Source of the DNA: Candidatus Marinacidobacterium sp.
GTDB lineage: Bacteria; Acidobacteriota; Vicinamibacteria; Marinacidobacterales; Marinacidobacteraceae
Direction: 5' to 3'
DNA length: 64,000 nt
NCBI GenBank assembly: GCA_965204755.1
Contig: OZ242011.1
Coordinates: 3,456,001-3,520,000, forward strand
Both the position numbers and the translations under genes were made by a program. Under the pieces are notes generated by a model. The model did not search any database. It was not told where the DNA came from and saw only the letters and a list, made by a program, of their open reading frames with translations. Shown in pieces: positions 11,934 through 22,309 of this stretch; the stretch's first letter is position 1, and each line of letters opens with the position of its first letter.

Positions 11934-12509
11934 CTACTCGGCGCCGCTCTGCCGGGGAGGCGCGTCGAACCGGAAGTCGGCCCAGTTGGCGAAGAGCCGC
12001 TGGAGGGCCGTGACCGGAACGAACTCCGACCGCGGGTATCCCATCGCCCGCAGCAACTCGTTGTGGCAGAGCGTGTCCAGCACCCGCAGCACCGGCGGCT
12101 CGTCGGATTCGATGGCCAAGCGCTCCCGCGTCGCTTCCACGATCGCTGGTTCGGACGGCGACGAACCCGCCGCGATCAGGCGGCGCTCGAGCGCGATGAA
12201 GCGCCGTCCCAGGTCCGTGTGGAGGCTCGCCTTCCGCATGGAGCCGACTACCAGGTCCACGAGCGCCATGACCGTCACGGCCGCCGGGACCGCCACCTTG
12301 ACCCAACTCGGCAGATTCGCTGTCAACTCGGAGCCGAAAGCGGCGATGGTGGCCGACCCGGAGGCGGCCGCAACCACGAGCACCACATCGTGGAAGCGCT
12401 CGTAGAAGCGCCGGCGGCGCATGTGGTAGCGGACCGAACGACGCACTCCGAAGAGGAGCATCCGGTACTCCTCTTCGAGCCGCTCCCGATCGGACAGCGT
12501 CGAAGCCAT
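11934..12509 (-). CDS. SLATT-like two-TM membrane protein
   Basis: Basic helix RRSVRYH...FY, two hydrophobic segments, KASLH motif, helical C-terminus. Confidence 0.6.
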   Translation of the reverse strand: MASTLSDRERLEEEYRMLLFGVRRSVRYHMRRRRFYERFHDVVLVVAAASGSATIAAFGSELTANLPSWVKVAVPAAVTVMALVDLVVGSMRKASLHTDLGRRFIALERRLIAAGSSPSEPAIVEATRERLAIESDEPPVLRVLDTLCHNELLRAMGYPRSEFVPVTALQRLFANWADFRFDAPPRQSGAE

Positions 12510-12518
12510 GTGGCGATA

Positions 12519-12722
12519 TTAGCGCTCCGCCGGAGCGGCGTGTTCGGACGAAGGAGGCTTCGGGGGACTGGGGGGTGGAGTCCGCGGCGGCACATTGGTG
12601 TCCGTAGTGCGGGAGGGACCCTCCTGGCGGGGCCCGCGCTCCTCGAATCTCTTCTCCACCGGCTGTCGCCGGGTTCGTTCGGGCTGCGGATGCCTGCGCT
12701 CCGGCGGCCTGCGATCGCCCAT
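12519..12722 (-). CDS. Small Pro-rich hypothetical protein (67 aa)
   Basis: GGAAGGG RBS before ATG 12722; ends 9 nt before the SLATT-like start; PPRTPPPSPPKPP tail. Confidence 0.45.
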   Translation of the reverse strand: MGDRRPPERRHPQPERTRRQPVEKRFEERGPRQEGPSRTTDTNVPPRTPPPSPPKPPSSEHAAPAER

Positions 12723-12982
12723 GTCGTTCCCTTCCGAGGCCGGGGCCCCAGGTGGAGGCGCCCCGCTCAGTCGGGCGTCCCGCGGCGTCATTATGCCCCG
12801 CGGCGGGCGCCCCTCGGGGAGCGCCGACGATCGGCCGAGCCGCCGCGTCGGGTCGTTTCCGTCGGGCCGTTCCCGTCGGGCCGCGTGGGGCTACTCTCCG
12901 CGCCGACTCGGCGGGCCGGCGCAGCCGCCCGAACCGTCCCCGGCCTCTTCGCCGAACCTTCCTTCCCACTCCCGGTTTCGAC

Positions 12983-13797
12983 ATGCCCCTGAACCAGGCC
13001 CGTTGTTTCGTGCTCAAGACGCATGCGGTCGGGGAGACCGACAAGGTGGTCGCGCTGTTTTCCGCCGAGGAAGGGAAGGTGCGCGCCTGGGCCAATCGCG
13101 CGCGGCGGCCGAAGTCGCGGTTCGGGGGGGCGCTGGAAGTCGGGAACGAGGTGGAGGCGCAGTGGTTCGAGCGGGAGAACCGGGAACTGGTGACGCTCGA
13201 CCGGTGTGAACTCGTCTCCTCGGCGCTCCCGCTGGTGCGGGATCCCCGGCGGGGGGCGGCGCTCGGGTACTTCTCGGAACTCGTGGCGCTCTTCGCCGGC
13301 GAGCGGGAGCCCCACCCCAAGACCTACCGGTTGCTGGACACCTGCCGGGCGGCGCTGCTCGACGACCGGTCGCCGCTGCTTCTCGCCGGGTACTTCGAGT
13401 CGTGGCTCCTGCGGCTCGCCGGGCTCTACCCGCGGGCCGGGGTCTGCGGCTGCGGGGTGGAATTCGACGCCGGGGACGCGTTGTTCTTCCCCGGCGGGCC
13501 GGAGTTCCGCTGCGCTTCGTGCGCGGCGGGTCGCGGGGAGCCGGCCGGGCGGCTCACCCCGGCGGGGGTCTCGCTGTTGCGGCGGTTTCGCGCGGTCCCG
13601 CCGGCGGAGGCGGCTTCGCTCGCGGCGCCCGCCGCAGCCGCTGCGGAGGAAGTCTTCCGGTTCCACGGAACGGTCGTCCGCGCCGCGGCCGAGCACTCGC
13701 TCCCCGCGCGCCGCCTGCTGGAACGGGCGCTCGCCCCGGCTTCCGACGGAGCGTTCGCGCCCCCGGCCCGGGCGGAGAGCGCCGCGGGAGCGCGGCC

Positions 13798-13801
<4 letters not shown>
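12983..13801 (+). CDS. recO: DNA repair protein RecO
   Basis: GETDKVVALFS...GKVRA..RRPKSRFGGALE, CxC..CxxC; recO-glyQ synteny. Confidence 0.88.
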
Positions 13802-14678
<877 letters not shown>

Positions 14679-14682
<4 letters not shown>

Positions 14683-16850
14683 GCGCCGGGGCCGGGGAGG
14701 ACGCCGGGAGGGAGTTCCTCGTCGAAGTCGGCTGCGAGGAAATCCCCGCGGACTGGCTCGACCCGCTCGTCGAGCGGTTCGCGGAGGCGCTGGAGACCGG
14801 GCTCCGCGAAGCCGACCTGGCCCCGCAGGGGGGCGCCGGTTTCGGGACGCCGCGCCGGCTGGTGGCGCGGTTCACCGGAGTGCCGACGAGCCAGCCGGAG
14901 CGGGCCGAAGAAGTCCTCGGGCCGCCGGCGCGGGTGGGGCGGGACGCGGACGGGGGCTGGACGCGGGCGGCCGCCGGGTTCGCCCGCCGCCACGGGATCG
15001 GGGAGTCCGCCCTCGACGCGGAACTCCGGGTGGTCTCCACCCCGCGCGGCGAATATGTGGGCTTTCGGCGCGTTACCGCGGGTCTGCCGGCGGCGGAGGT
15101 CGTTCCTCCGGTGCTGGAGGCGGCGCTCCGGGGCCTGCCGTTCCCGAAGACCATGCACTGGGACGCGGAGATCTCCGGGCGGGCGTTCCCGTTCGGGCGG
15201 CCGATCCGGTGGCTGGTCCTCCTGCTGGGCGGGGAGGTGGTTCCGTTCACCATCGAGGTCCGCGGCGGGCCTCCGGTGGTTTCCGGGGCCGAGAGCCGGG
15301 GGCACCGCTTCCGCAGCGCGGACGGCTCGCCGCCGGGGGCGCCGTTCGCGGTGGACTCCTTCGAGTCGCTCCGCGCCGGGCTTCGGCGCCGGTGCGTGCT
15401 GCTCGACCCGGAGGAGCGGCGGCGGGAACTCGCGCGGAAGGTCGCCGAGTGCGCGGCGGGGGCCGCGGTCGCGCCGCCTTCGGGGGACCTGCCGAACTTG
15501 GTGGAGTGGCCCGGCGCGGTGTTCGGGACCTATCCGGAGGAGTTCGAGTCGCTGCCGGAGGAGATCCGGCGGACCGTCCTGGTGCACCACCAGAAGTACC
15601 TGCCGGTGGAGGGCGCCTGCGCCTTCGTCGCGGTGACGAACCTCGGGGACGACCCGACCGGGGCGGTCCGGCGGGGCGTCGAACGCGTCGTCCTCGCCCG
15701 GATGCGGGACGCCCGGTTCTTCTGGGACGACGACCGCCGCGCCGCGTTGGGGGAGCGCCGGGAGGCGCTGCGGGACATCGTGTTCCACCGGGAACTGGGG
15801 AGCCTCTTCGCGAAGTCGGAGCGGATGGAGTCGCTGGCCGGGTGGACCGCCGACCGCCTCGGCGCCGACCGGTCGGCTGCCGCGCGGGCCGCCGCGCTCG
15901 CCAAGTGCGACCTCTCCACCGGCCTGGTCGGCGAGTTCGCCTCCCTGCAGGGCGTCGCCGGCGGGCTCTACCTGCGGGAAGAGGGCGAGAGCGAAGCGGT
16001 CTGGCGGGCGGTGTACGACCACTACCGGCCGGAGGGGGCGGAGGGCCGGCTGCCGGAGACGGTCGAGGGCGCCGCGGTGGCGCTGGCCGACCGGGCGGAC
16101 ACGCTCGCCGGGTTCTTCCTCGCCGGCGAGGCGCCCTCCGGCGCCGGCGACCCGTACGGGCTGAGGCGGGCGGCGCTCTCGCTCCTGCGGCTGCTCCGGG
16201 ACGGGCCGGACGCGTACGGCGCCCCGGCGTCCGGCGGGGCTTGGCCGAGCCCGCTCGAACTGGTCGGGGAGGCGCTTCGCGGGTACTCGCCGGACGAAGA
16301 GGCCGCGGAGGCGGTCTCCGCGCGGCTCCGGGAGTTCCTCGACGACCGGCTGCCGCATGCGCTCCGGCGCGCCTCGGTCCCCGCCGGGGCGGTGCGGGCG
16401 GTGCTGGCGCGGGCCTCCGCGGAACACCCGGTCGCGGACACCTGGGCGCGGGCGCTGGCGCTGGCCGGCGCCGTCGGGACCGGGGACTGCGCCGCGCTCG
16501 CCGCCGCGGCGAAGCGGGTGCGGCGGATCCTCACCCCGGAGGCGCGGGCTTCCGCCGCCGCCGAAACCGACCCGGCCCGCGCCGCCGAACCGGCGGAGCG
16601 CGCGCTGCTCGAGGCGCTCGCCGCGACCGGAAGCGAGGTCTCGCAGGCGTTCGCCCGGGGCGCCTACCCCGAGGCGTTCGGGGCGCTCGCGCGCCTCGGG
16701 CCGGCGGTGGACCGCTTCTTCGACGAGGTTCTGGTGCTCGCCGAGGATCCGGCCGTCCGGGCGAACCGGCTGGCCCTGCTCGTCCGGCTGGCCGCCCTCT
16801 TCTCGGAGGCGGGCGACCTCGGCGAGATCGAGTCCGACGCCGGGCGGTAG
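14679..16850 (+). CDS. glyS: Glycine--tRNA ligase beta subunit
   Basis: LVEVGCEEIP, TPRRL, RPIRWLV, GEFASLQG, DPYGLRR, NRLALL. Confidence 0.95.
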
Positions 16851-16873
16851 CGGACGCGGGGGGTCGCCGGGGA

Positions 16874-18658
16874 ATGGGCCAGGTCCGGAGGCTGCCGGCG
16901 GCGGTCGCCAACCAGATCGCCGCCGGCGAAGTGGTCGAGCGGCCGGCGGCGGTCGTGCGGGAACTGGTCGAGAACTCCATCGACGCCGGGGCCCGGCGGG
17001 TCTCCGTCGTTTCCCGGAAGGCGGGGCGGGGGGAGATCCGGGTTACCGACGACGGGATCGGCATGACCCCGGAGGACGCGCGGCTCGCCCTCGAACGCCA
17101 CGCGACCAGCAAGATCGAGTCGGTAGAGGACCTCGGCGAGATCGGCTCGCTGGGGTTTCGCGGGGAGGCGCTCCCGGCGATCGCCTCGGTCTCCCGGTTC
17201 CGGCTGGGCACCCGGCCGGAGGAGGCGGAGGCCGGCTGGGAGATCCGGGTGGAGGGGGGGCGGACGACCGCCGACCGGCCGGCGGGGCTGCCCTTGGGAA
17301 CGGTGGTGGAGGTCCGCGACCTGTTCTTCAACACCCCCGCCCGGCGGAAGTTCCTGCGGGCGGACGCGACGGAGGCGGCCCGGATCGTGGCTTCCGTCCA
17401 ACTGCTCGCCGCGTCCTGGCCGGAGGTCCGGTTCGACCTCGAGAGCGGCGGCCGGTCCCAGATTTCGGTTCCGCCGGCGCCCGACCGGGCGGCCCGGCTC
17501 CGCCAGTTGGAGCCGAGGTTCTTCAAGACGGCCCTCGCCGCCGACTCCTCGTTCGGCGCGTGCTCGGTCCGGGCGTTCCTCTCCCCGCCGACGGCGCCGC
17601 GCGGCGCCTCCACCGGGGTGCGGCTGTTCGTGAACGGCCGGGCGATCAGCGACCGGCGGCTGTTCCACGCGGTGACGCAGGCCTACCGGGAGATCTCCAG
17701 TCTCGCCGGCGCCCCGAAGGCGTATGTGTTCCTGGAAGTCCCGCCGGAGGAAGTGGATGTGAATGTCCATCCGGCGAAGGCGGAGGTGCGCTTCTCCGAC
17801 GGCGGCGGGATGTGGCGGATCGTCCACCTCGCGGTCGTGGACGCGCTCCGGGAGTCGCCCCGGCAGGTGGCGCCCGGGGGCGGCGCGGCGCTCGCCGCGG
17901 GAGAGGGCGCCGGGTGGGCCGCGGCGCCGGGCGGCGGGGCGGGGATGGTCCGGGAAGGCGGCGGCGTCTTTCCCGGAGGAGGAGCGTTCTCCGGCGACGG
18001 GCGGGAGGCCGCGGACCTGCTCTACGGCGGCGCGGCGGTCGGGGGCCCCTCCCCGGTCGAGGAGGCCCGCTACCTGGACTTCGCGGAGCGGCCGCCGCGG
18101 GTGCTCGCGCAGTTCCGCTCCTCCTACATCCTGGCCGAGGACGGGGACGGGCTGCTGCTCGTGGACCAGCACGCCGCCGAGGAGCGCGCCCTCTTCGAGA
18201 AGTTGATGGAGCGCTCCGCCCGGCCGGAGACCGCGCGCTTCCTGCAGCCGGTCCCGCTGGAACTCTCCGCCGCGGAACGGGCGGAACTCGAGGCCGAGCG
18301 GGAGCGGCTGGTCGGCTGCGGGTTCGAGATCGGGGAGGGGAACGGCGGGGACCCGGCGCTGCTGGGCGCGCCGGCGGCGCTCGGCCTCGGGGCCGGCGTT
18401 TCCGTGCTCCTCCGCTCGCTCTCCCCCGCCGAGGGCGAGTGCGCGGAGACCGCCTCGCTGGACCTCCGCGCCCGCATCTTCGCCCGGGTCGCCTGCCACG
18501 CCTCGGTCACCGCGAAGACGCGCCTCTCGCCGGAACGCATGGAGGCCATCCTCGAAAACCTCTGGGCCGCGCCGAACCCGGCCACCTGTCCCCACGGCCG
18601 GCCGACCGCGCTGCGCTTCGACCTGGACTGGCTGGAGCGCCGCTTCGGGCGGCGTTGA
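16874..18658 (+). CDS. mutL: DNA mismatch repair endonuclease MutL
   Basis: NQIAAGEVVERP, GFRGEAL, DVNVHPAK, DQHAAEER, CPHGRP. Confidence 0.96.
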   Translation: MGQVRRLPAAVANQIAAGEVVERPAAVVRELVENSIDAGARRVSVVSRKAGRGEIRVTDDGIGMTPEDARLALERHATSKIESVEDLGEIGSLGFRGEALPAIASVSRFRLGTRPEEAEAGWEIRVEGGRTTADRPAGLPLGTVVEVRDLFFNTPARRKFLRADATEAARIVASVQLLAASWPEVRFDLESGGRSQISVPPAPDRAARLRQLEPRFFKTALAADSSFGACSVRAFLSPPTAPRGASTGVRLFVNGRAISDRRLFHAVTQAYREISSLAGAPKAYVFLEVPPEEVDVNVHPAKAEVRFSDGGGMWRIVHLAVVDALRESPRQVAPGGGAALAAGEGAGWAAAPGGGAGMVREGGGVFPGGGAFSGDGREAADLLYGGAAVGGPSPVEEARYLDFAERPPRVLAQFRSSYILAEDGDGLLLVDQHAAEERALFEKLMERSARPETARFLQPVPLELSAAERAELEAERERLVGCGFEIGEGNGGDPALLGAPAALGLGAGVSVLLRSLSPAEGECAETASLDLRARIFARVACHASVTAKTRLSPERMEAILENLWAAPNPATCPHGRPTALRFDLDWLERRFGRR

Positions 18659-18675
18659 GGGCCGAGGGAGTCCCG

Positions 18676-18939
18676 GTGGCGGCGAAGCGGCGGCGTCCGG
18701 GACGCCCGGAACGCCCGAAACGCCCGGAGCCGGAGGCGGCGGTCACGCTCGACTGGGTCCGGTACTTCGCGGGCCGCCTGCTGCAGATGGTCGGCCTGCT
18801 GGCGCTCACCGGCGCGATGGCGCTCTTCTTCGGCGCGGAGCAGATGGAGCGCCGGATGCTCGCCGCCACCGCGGTCGCCGCGGCGTTCTTCGTCGGCGGT
18901 TGGCTGTTGTCCCGGAAGCGCCCCCGGGGCGCCCGCTGA
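18676..18939 (+). CDS. Small two-TM hypothetical membrane protein
   Basis: GAGGGAG RBS then GTG; two hydrophobic helices. Confidence 0.55.
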   Translation: MAAKRRRPGRPERPKRPEPEAAVTLDWVRYFAGRLLQMVGLLALTGAMALFFGAEQMERRMLAATAVAAAFFVGGWLLSRKRPRGAR

Positions 18940-19008
18940 CCGCCCGACCGCCGCCGCGCGGAGGGACGCCGAGGCCGCGGGAAATCGGCGCGGTCGCCCC
19001 GCGGACTC

Positions 19009-19037
19009 TTGACCGGGAGAGCGGCGCGCCCTAAATT
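19009..19037 (+). promoter_or_regulatory. Putative sigma70 promoter of the rpsP operon
   Basis: TTGACC-N17-TAAATT. Confidence 0.55.
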
Positions 19038-19199
19038 TCCGGGGTTCCGCGGGCGAGCGGCCGGTCGCCGCTCTGCGCCAGGGAGCGGGGGTTTCGACTC
19101 GCTCCGCCCCGGAGGATCGCGCGCCGCGACGAAGTGAGCGACCGCGAGACGCCCGGTCCTCCCGTCCCGAACCAGACGAACCTTCCCAGAAAGACTCCG

Positions 19200-19613
19200 G
19201 TGCTCAACATCCGCCTGGCCCGCGCGGGCCGAAAGCGCGACGCCCATTTCCGGGTCGTCGTCTCCGACTCCGTCCACGGACGCGTGGGGCGGATCCTGGA
19301 AACCGTGGGCCACTACCACCCGCGGCTGCCGAACGACGCCGAGGGACGGATCCATCTCGACCGCTCCCGGACCCGCTACTGGCTCGACCGGGGCGCGCGC
19401 CCCAGCGACACCGTCCGCAGTTTCCTGAAGAACCTGCCCGAGCCGTCCGCCGAGGATTCGGCGGAGGAGGCCGCCGCGCCGACGGGGCCAGCCGCCGCCG
19501 AATCCGCGGAGACCGCTCCCGGGACCCCCACCGAATCGCCGGCCGAAACCCCTTCCGCCGCCGCGCCTTCCGGGCCCCCTCCGGAAGCGCCTTCGGCGCC
19601 GGAACCGGGCTGA
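19200..19613 (+). CDS. rpsP: 30S ribosomal protein S16 with acidic Pro/Ala tail
   Basis: LNIRLARAGRK, FRVVV, ETVGHYHP, WLDRGARPSDTV. Confidence 0.92.
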   Translation: MLNIRLARAGRKRDAHFRVVVSDSVHGRVGRILETVGHYHPRLPNDAEGRIHLDRSRTRYWLDRGARPSDTVRSFLKNLPEPSAEDSAEEAAAPTGPAAAESAETAPGTPTESPAETPSAAAPSGPPPEAPSAPEPG

Positions 19614-19740
19614 CGCCCGCCGGCCCTCCCCGGACGCCTCCCCGGACGCGGCCGCCCCGGGCGGCCCCGCGCCCGGCGGGGCTCGCACCTTCCTCCCCAA
19701 GACCCGACTCCCCCCGAAGCGACTTGAGACTCGATCCCCC

Positions 19741-20325
19741 ATGGCGGCCCAGGCGACGGATATCGGGACGCCCTCCGGGGCGGCGGAGGTGGTCATCGGC
19801 CGCGTGGCGCGGCCGTTCGGCCGGCGCGGCGAAGTCGTCGTCGACCCGCTGACCGACGGCTGCGAGCGCTTCTTCGACCTCGACTCGGCCGAGATCGGGC
19901 TTCCCGGCGCGCCGGGCGCGCGCCGCCGCATCGAATCGGTGCGGATCCTCCGGGGCCGCCCGGTGGTCCGGTTCGACGGGATCACCGACATCGGCGGCGC
20001 CGAGAGCCTCCGCCTCGCCGAGATCCGGATCGCGGAGGCGGAGCGCGCGCCGCTCGCCCCGGGCCGCTACTACCACGACGACCTGATCGGCCTCCGCGCC
20101 GAAGACCCGAGCGGGGCGCCGCTCGGAAGGGTCGTCGCCGTGGAGGACACCGCCGGGCCCTGCCTGCTCGTGCTCCGGGGCGAAGACGGGAGCGAAGACG
20201 GGAGCGAAGACGGGAGCGAAGACTTGGTCCCCTTCGTCGAGGCGATCTGCGAGACGGTGGACCTCCCCGGTTCCCGGATCGTGATGCGCCTGCCGGACGG
20301 CCTGCGGGGGCTCAATGCGGATTGA
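19741..20325 (+). CDS. rimM: Ribosome maturation factor RimM
   Basis: IGRVARPFGRRGEV, YYHDDLIG, LVPFV. Confidence 0.9.
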   Translation: MAAQATDIGTPSGAAEVVIGRVARPFGRRGEVVVDPLTDGCERFFDLDSAEIGLPGAPGARRRIESVRILRGRPVVRFDGITDIGGAESLRLAEIRIAEAERAPLAPGRYYHDDLIGLRAEDPSGAPLGRVVAVEDTAGPCLLVLRGEDGSEDGSEDGSEDLVPFVEAICETVDLPGSRIVMRLPDGLRGLNAD

Positions 20326-21037
20326 CATCGTGACGCTGATGCCGGGGATGTTCCGGGAGGTGTTCGACCACGGGATCGTCCGCCGGGCGCGCCGCGCCGG
20401 GCTGGCCGCCGTCTTCCTCCACCCGCTCACCGCCTGGACCGAGGGGCGGTTCCAGCGCGCCGACGACGCCCCCTACGGCGGCGGGCCGGGGATGGTGATG
20501 CGGGCGCCGCCGCTGGTCGCCGCGGTCGAGGCGGTGCAGGCGCTCGAACCCCGCCCGGCGCGGACGCTGCTGCTCTCGCCGCGCGGCTCGCGCCTCGACC
20601 AGCGCGCGGTCGCCGCCCTGGCCGGGGAACCCCGGCTGCTGCTGGTCTGCGGCCGGTACGAAGGCGTGGACGAACGGTTCGTCGAGATCACCGGCGCGGA
20701 GGAAGTCTCCGTCGGTGACTATGTGCTCTCCGGGGGCGAAATCCCGGCGATGGTCCTGGTGGACGCGGTGACCCGCCTCCTGCCGGGCGCGGTCTCCGAC
20801 CCGGCGTCCGTCGTCGAGGAGTCGTTCGCCGACGGCCTGCTCGAGCACCCGCAGTACACCCGGCCGGCGGTCTTCCGGGGGCGCCCGGTCCCCCCGGTGC
20901 TCCGGTCCGGCGACCACGAGGCGGTGCGGCGGTTCCGCCGCGAACGGTCGCTCGCGCTGACCGAAGCCCGCCGCCCCGACCTCTACGGCGCCCGGGCGCC
21001 CGACTTTCCCGAGACCGAGGAGAACGAACCATCATGA
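20315..21037 (+). CDS. trmD: tRNA (guanine37-N1)-methyltransferase
   Basis: [36 protein letters not shown]. Confidence 0.97.
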   Translation: MRIDIVTLMPGMFREVFDHGIVRRARRAGLAAVFLHPLTAWTEGRFQRADDAPYGGGPGMVMRAPPLVAAVEAVQALEPRPARTLLLSPRGSRLDQRAVAALAGEPRLLLVCGRYEGVDERFVEITGAEEVSVGDYVLSGGEIPAMVLVDAVTRLLPGAVSDPASVVEESFADGLLEHPQYTRPAVFRGRPVPPVLRSGDHEAVRRFRRERSLALTEARRPDLYGARAPDFPETEENEPS

Positions 21038-21537
21038 GCGAGAACCGACTGGCGCCTGTCGAGAACGAGGCCGGGAGCGAGGCCGATCTCGGGGAGGACG
21101 CCCCGGTCGTCGGCGGCGAGTCCGACGACGAGTCCTACGACGAGGCGGAGTACGCGGACGAGGAAGCCGCGGAAGCGGGGCCCCCGCCCGGCGCCGAAGT
21201 GATCCGGCGGCTGGAAGCGGCGCAGTTGCGGGAAGACCGGCCGGAACTCCGGCCCGGGGACGCGGTGCGGGTCCACGCCACGATCCGCGAGGGTGACCGC
21301 GAGCGGGTCCAGGTCTTCGAGGGGGTCCTGATCGCGCTGAAACACGGCGGGAACCGGCGGACGATCACCGTGCGGAAGACTTCGTTCGGCGTCCCGGTGG
21401 AGCGGATCTTCCCGCTCCACTCGCCGCTGGTCGCCCGGATCGAGGTCGTCCGCTCGCACCATGTCCGGCGCGCCAAGTTGTACTTCCTGCGCAAGCGGAA
21501 GGGGAAGGCGGCCCGCCTGAGGGAGAAACGCCGCTGA
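21034..21537 (+). CDS. rplS: 50S ribosomal protein L19 with acidic N-terminal extension
   Basis: [36 protein letters not shown]. Confidence 0.95.
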   Translation: MSENRLAPVENEAGSEADLGEDAPVVGGESDDESYDEAEYADEEAAEAGPPPGAEVIRRLEAAQLREDRPELRPGDAVRVHATIREGDRERVQVFEGVLIALKHGGNRRTITVRKTSFGVPVERIFPLHSPLVARIEVVRSHHVRRAKLYFLRKRKGKAARLREKRR

Positions 21538-21580
21538 CGGGCGGTCCCCGCCCCGGCCGGCCGGCGACCGCCCCGGCGCG

Positions 21581-22309
21581 ATGACCCTTCCGGCGGCGGG
21601 GGCGGCCGCCCCCCGGCGGGCCGACGGGCGGCTCGTCGCCTGCGCCATCACCGCGATCGGCAGCCTCACCCCCCGGCGGCTCGGCGACCTGCTCCGCGCC
21701 GGCTGCGACTTCGTCCAGTTGCGCGACCGCCAAGCGAGCGACCGGAGGTTCGACGAGTTCCTCGCGCTCGTGGGCGAGGAGGCGCCGGAGGCGATGCCGC
21801 GCCTGCTGGTGAACGACCGCCCGACGCTGGCTCTCGCCTACCCGGTGGCCGGCGTCCATCTTCCCGAAGCGAGCCTCCGGGCGCGGGACGCGGTGGAACT
21901 GCGCGAGCGGAGCGGTCGCCGGTTCCTCGTGGGGAGATCGGCGCACGGGCCGGAGGCGGCGGCGGAAGCGGAAGCGGAGGGCGCGGACTATGTGCTGCTC
22001 GGCCCGGTCTTCCCGACCGCTTCCAAGCCCCGCCCGTTGCCCCCCGGCGCGCTCCGCGAGACGCTCGACCGCTGCTCCCTGCCGGTCTGGGCGGTGGGCG
22101 GGTTGAACCCGGAAACGCTCGGCGAACTCCGCCTCCCGGCGCCCTCCGGCGGTTCCCGGCTGGCCGGCGCGGCCGCCGTCCGCGCCCTCGCCGACCCGCT
22201 CCGGGCCGCCGGGTTCGTGGCCGAGTTGGAGCGCCTGGCGGGGCGGCCGTCCCGCCCGACCGGGGCGCCTCGAGCGGCGGCGAAACTCCGCGGCGGCGGC
22301 GCGTGTTGA
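21581..22309 (+). CDS. Thiamine phosphate synthase / TenI family protein
   Basis: VQLRD, LLVND, GVHL, GRSAH, ADYVLLGPVFPTASK, AVGG. Confidence 0.8.
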   Translation: MTLPAAGAAAPRRADGRLVACAITAIGSLTPRRLGDLLRAGCDFVQLRDRQASDRRFDEFLALVGEEAPEAMPRLLVNDRPTLALAYPVAGVHLPEASLRARDAVELRERSGRRFLVGRSAHGPEAAAEAEAEGADYVLLGPVFPTASKPRPLPPGALRETLDRCSLPVWAVGGLNPETLGELRLPAPSGGSRLAGAAAVRALADPLRAAGFVAELERLAGRPSRPTGAPRAAAKLRGGGAC

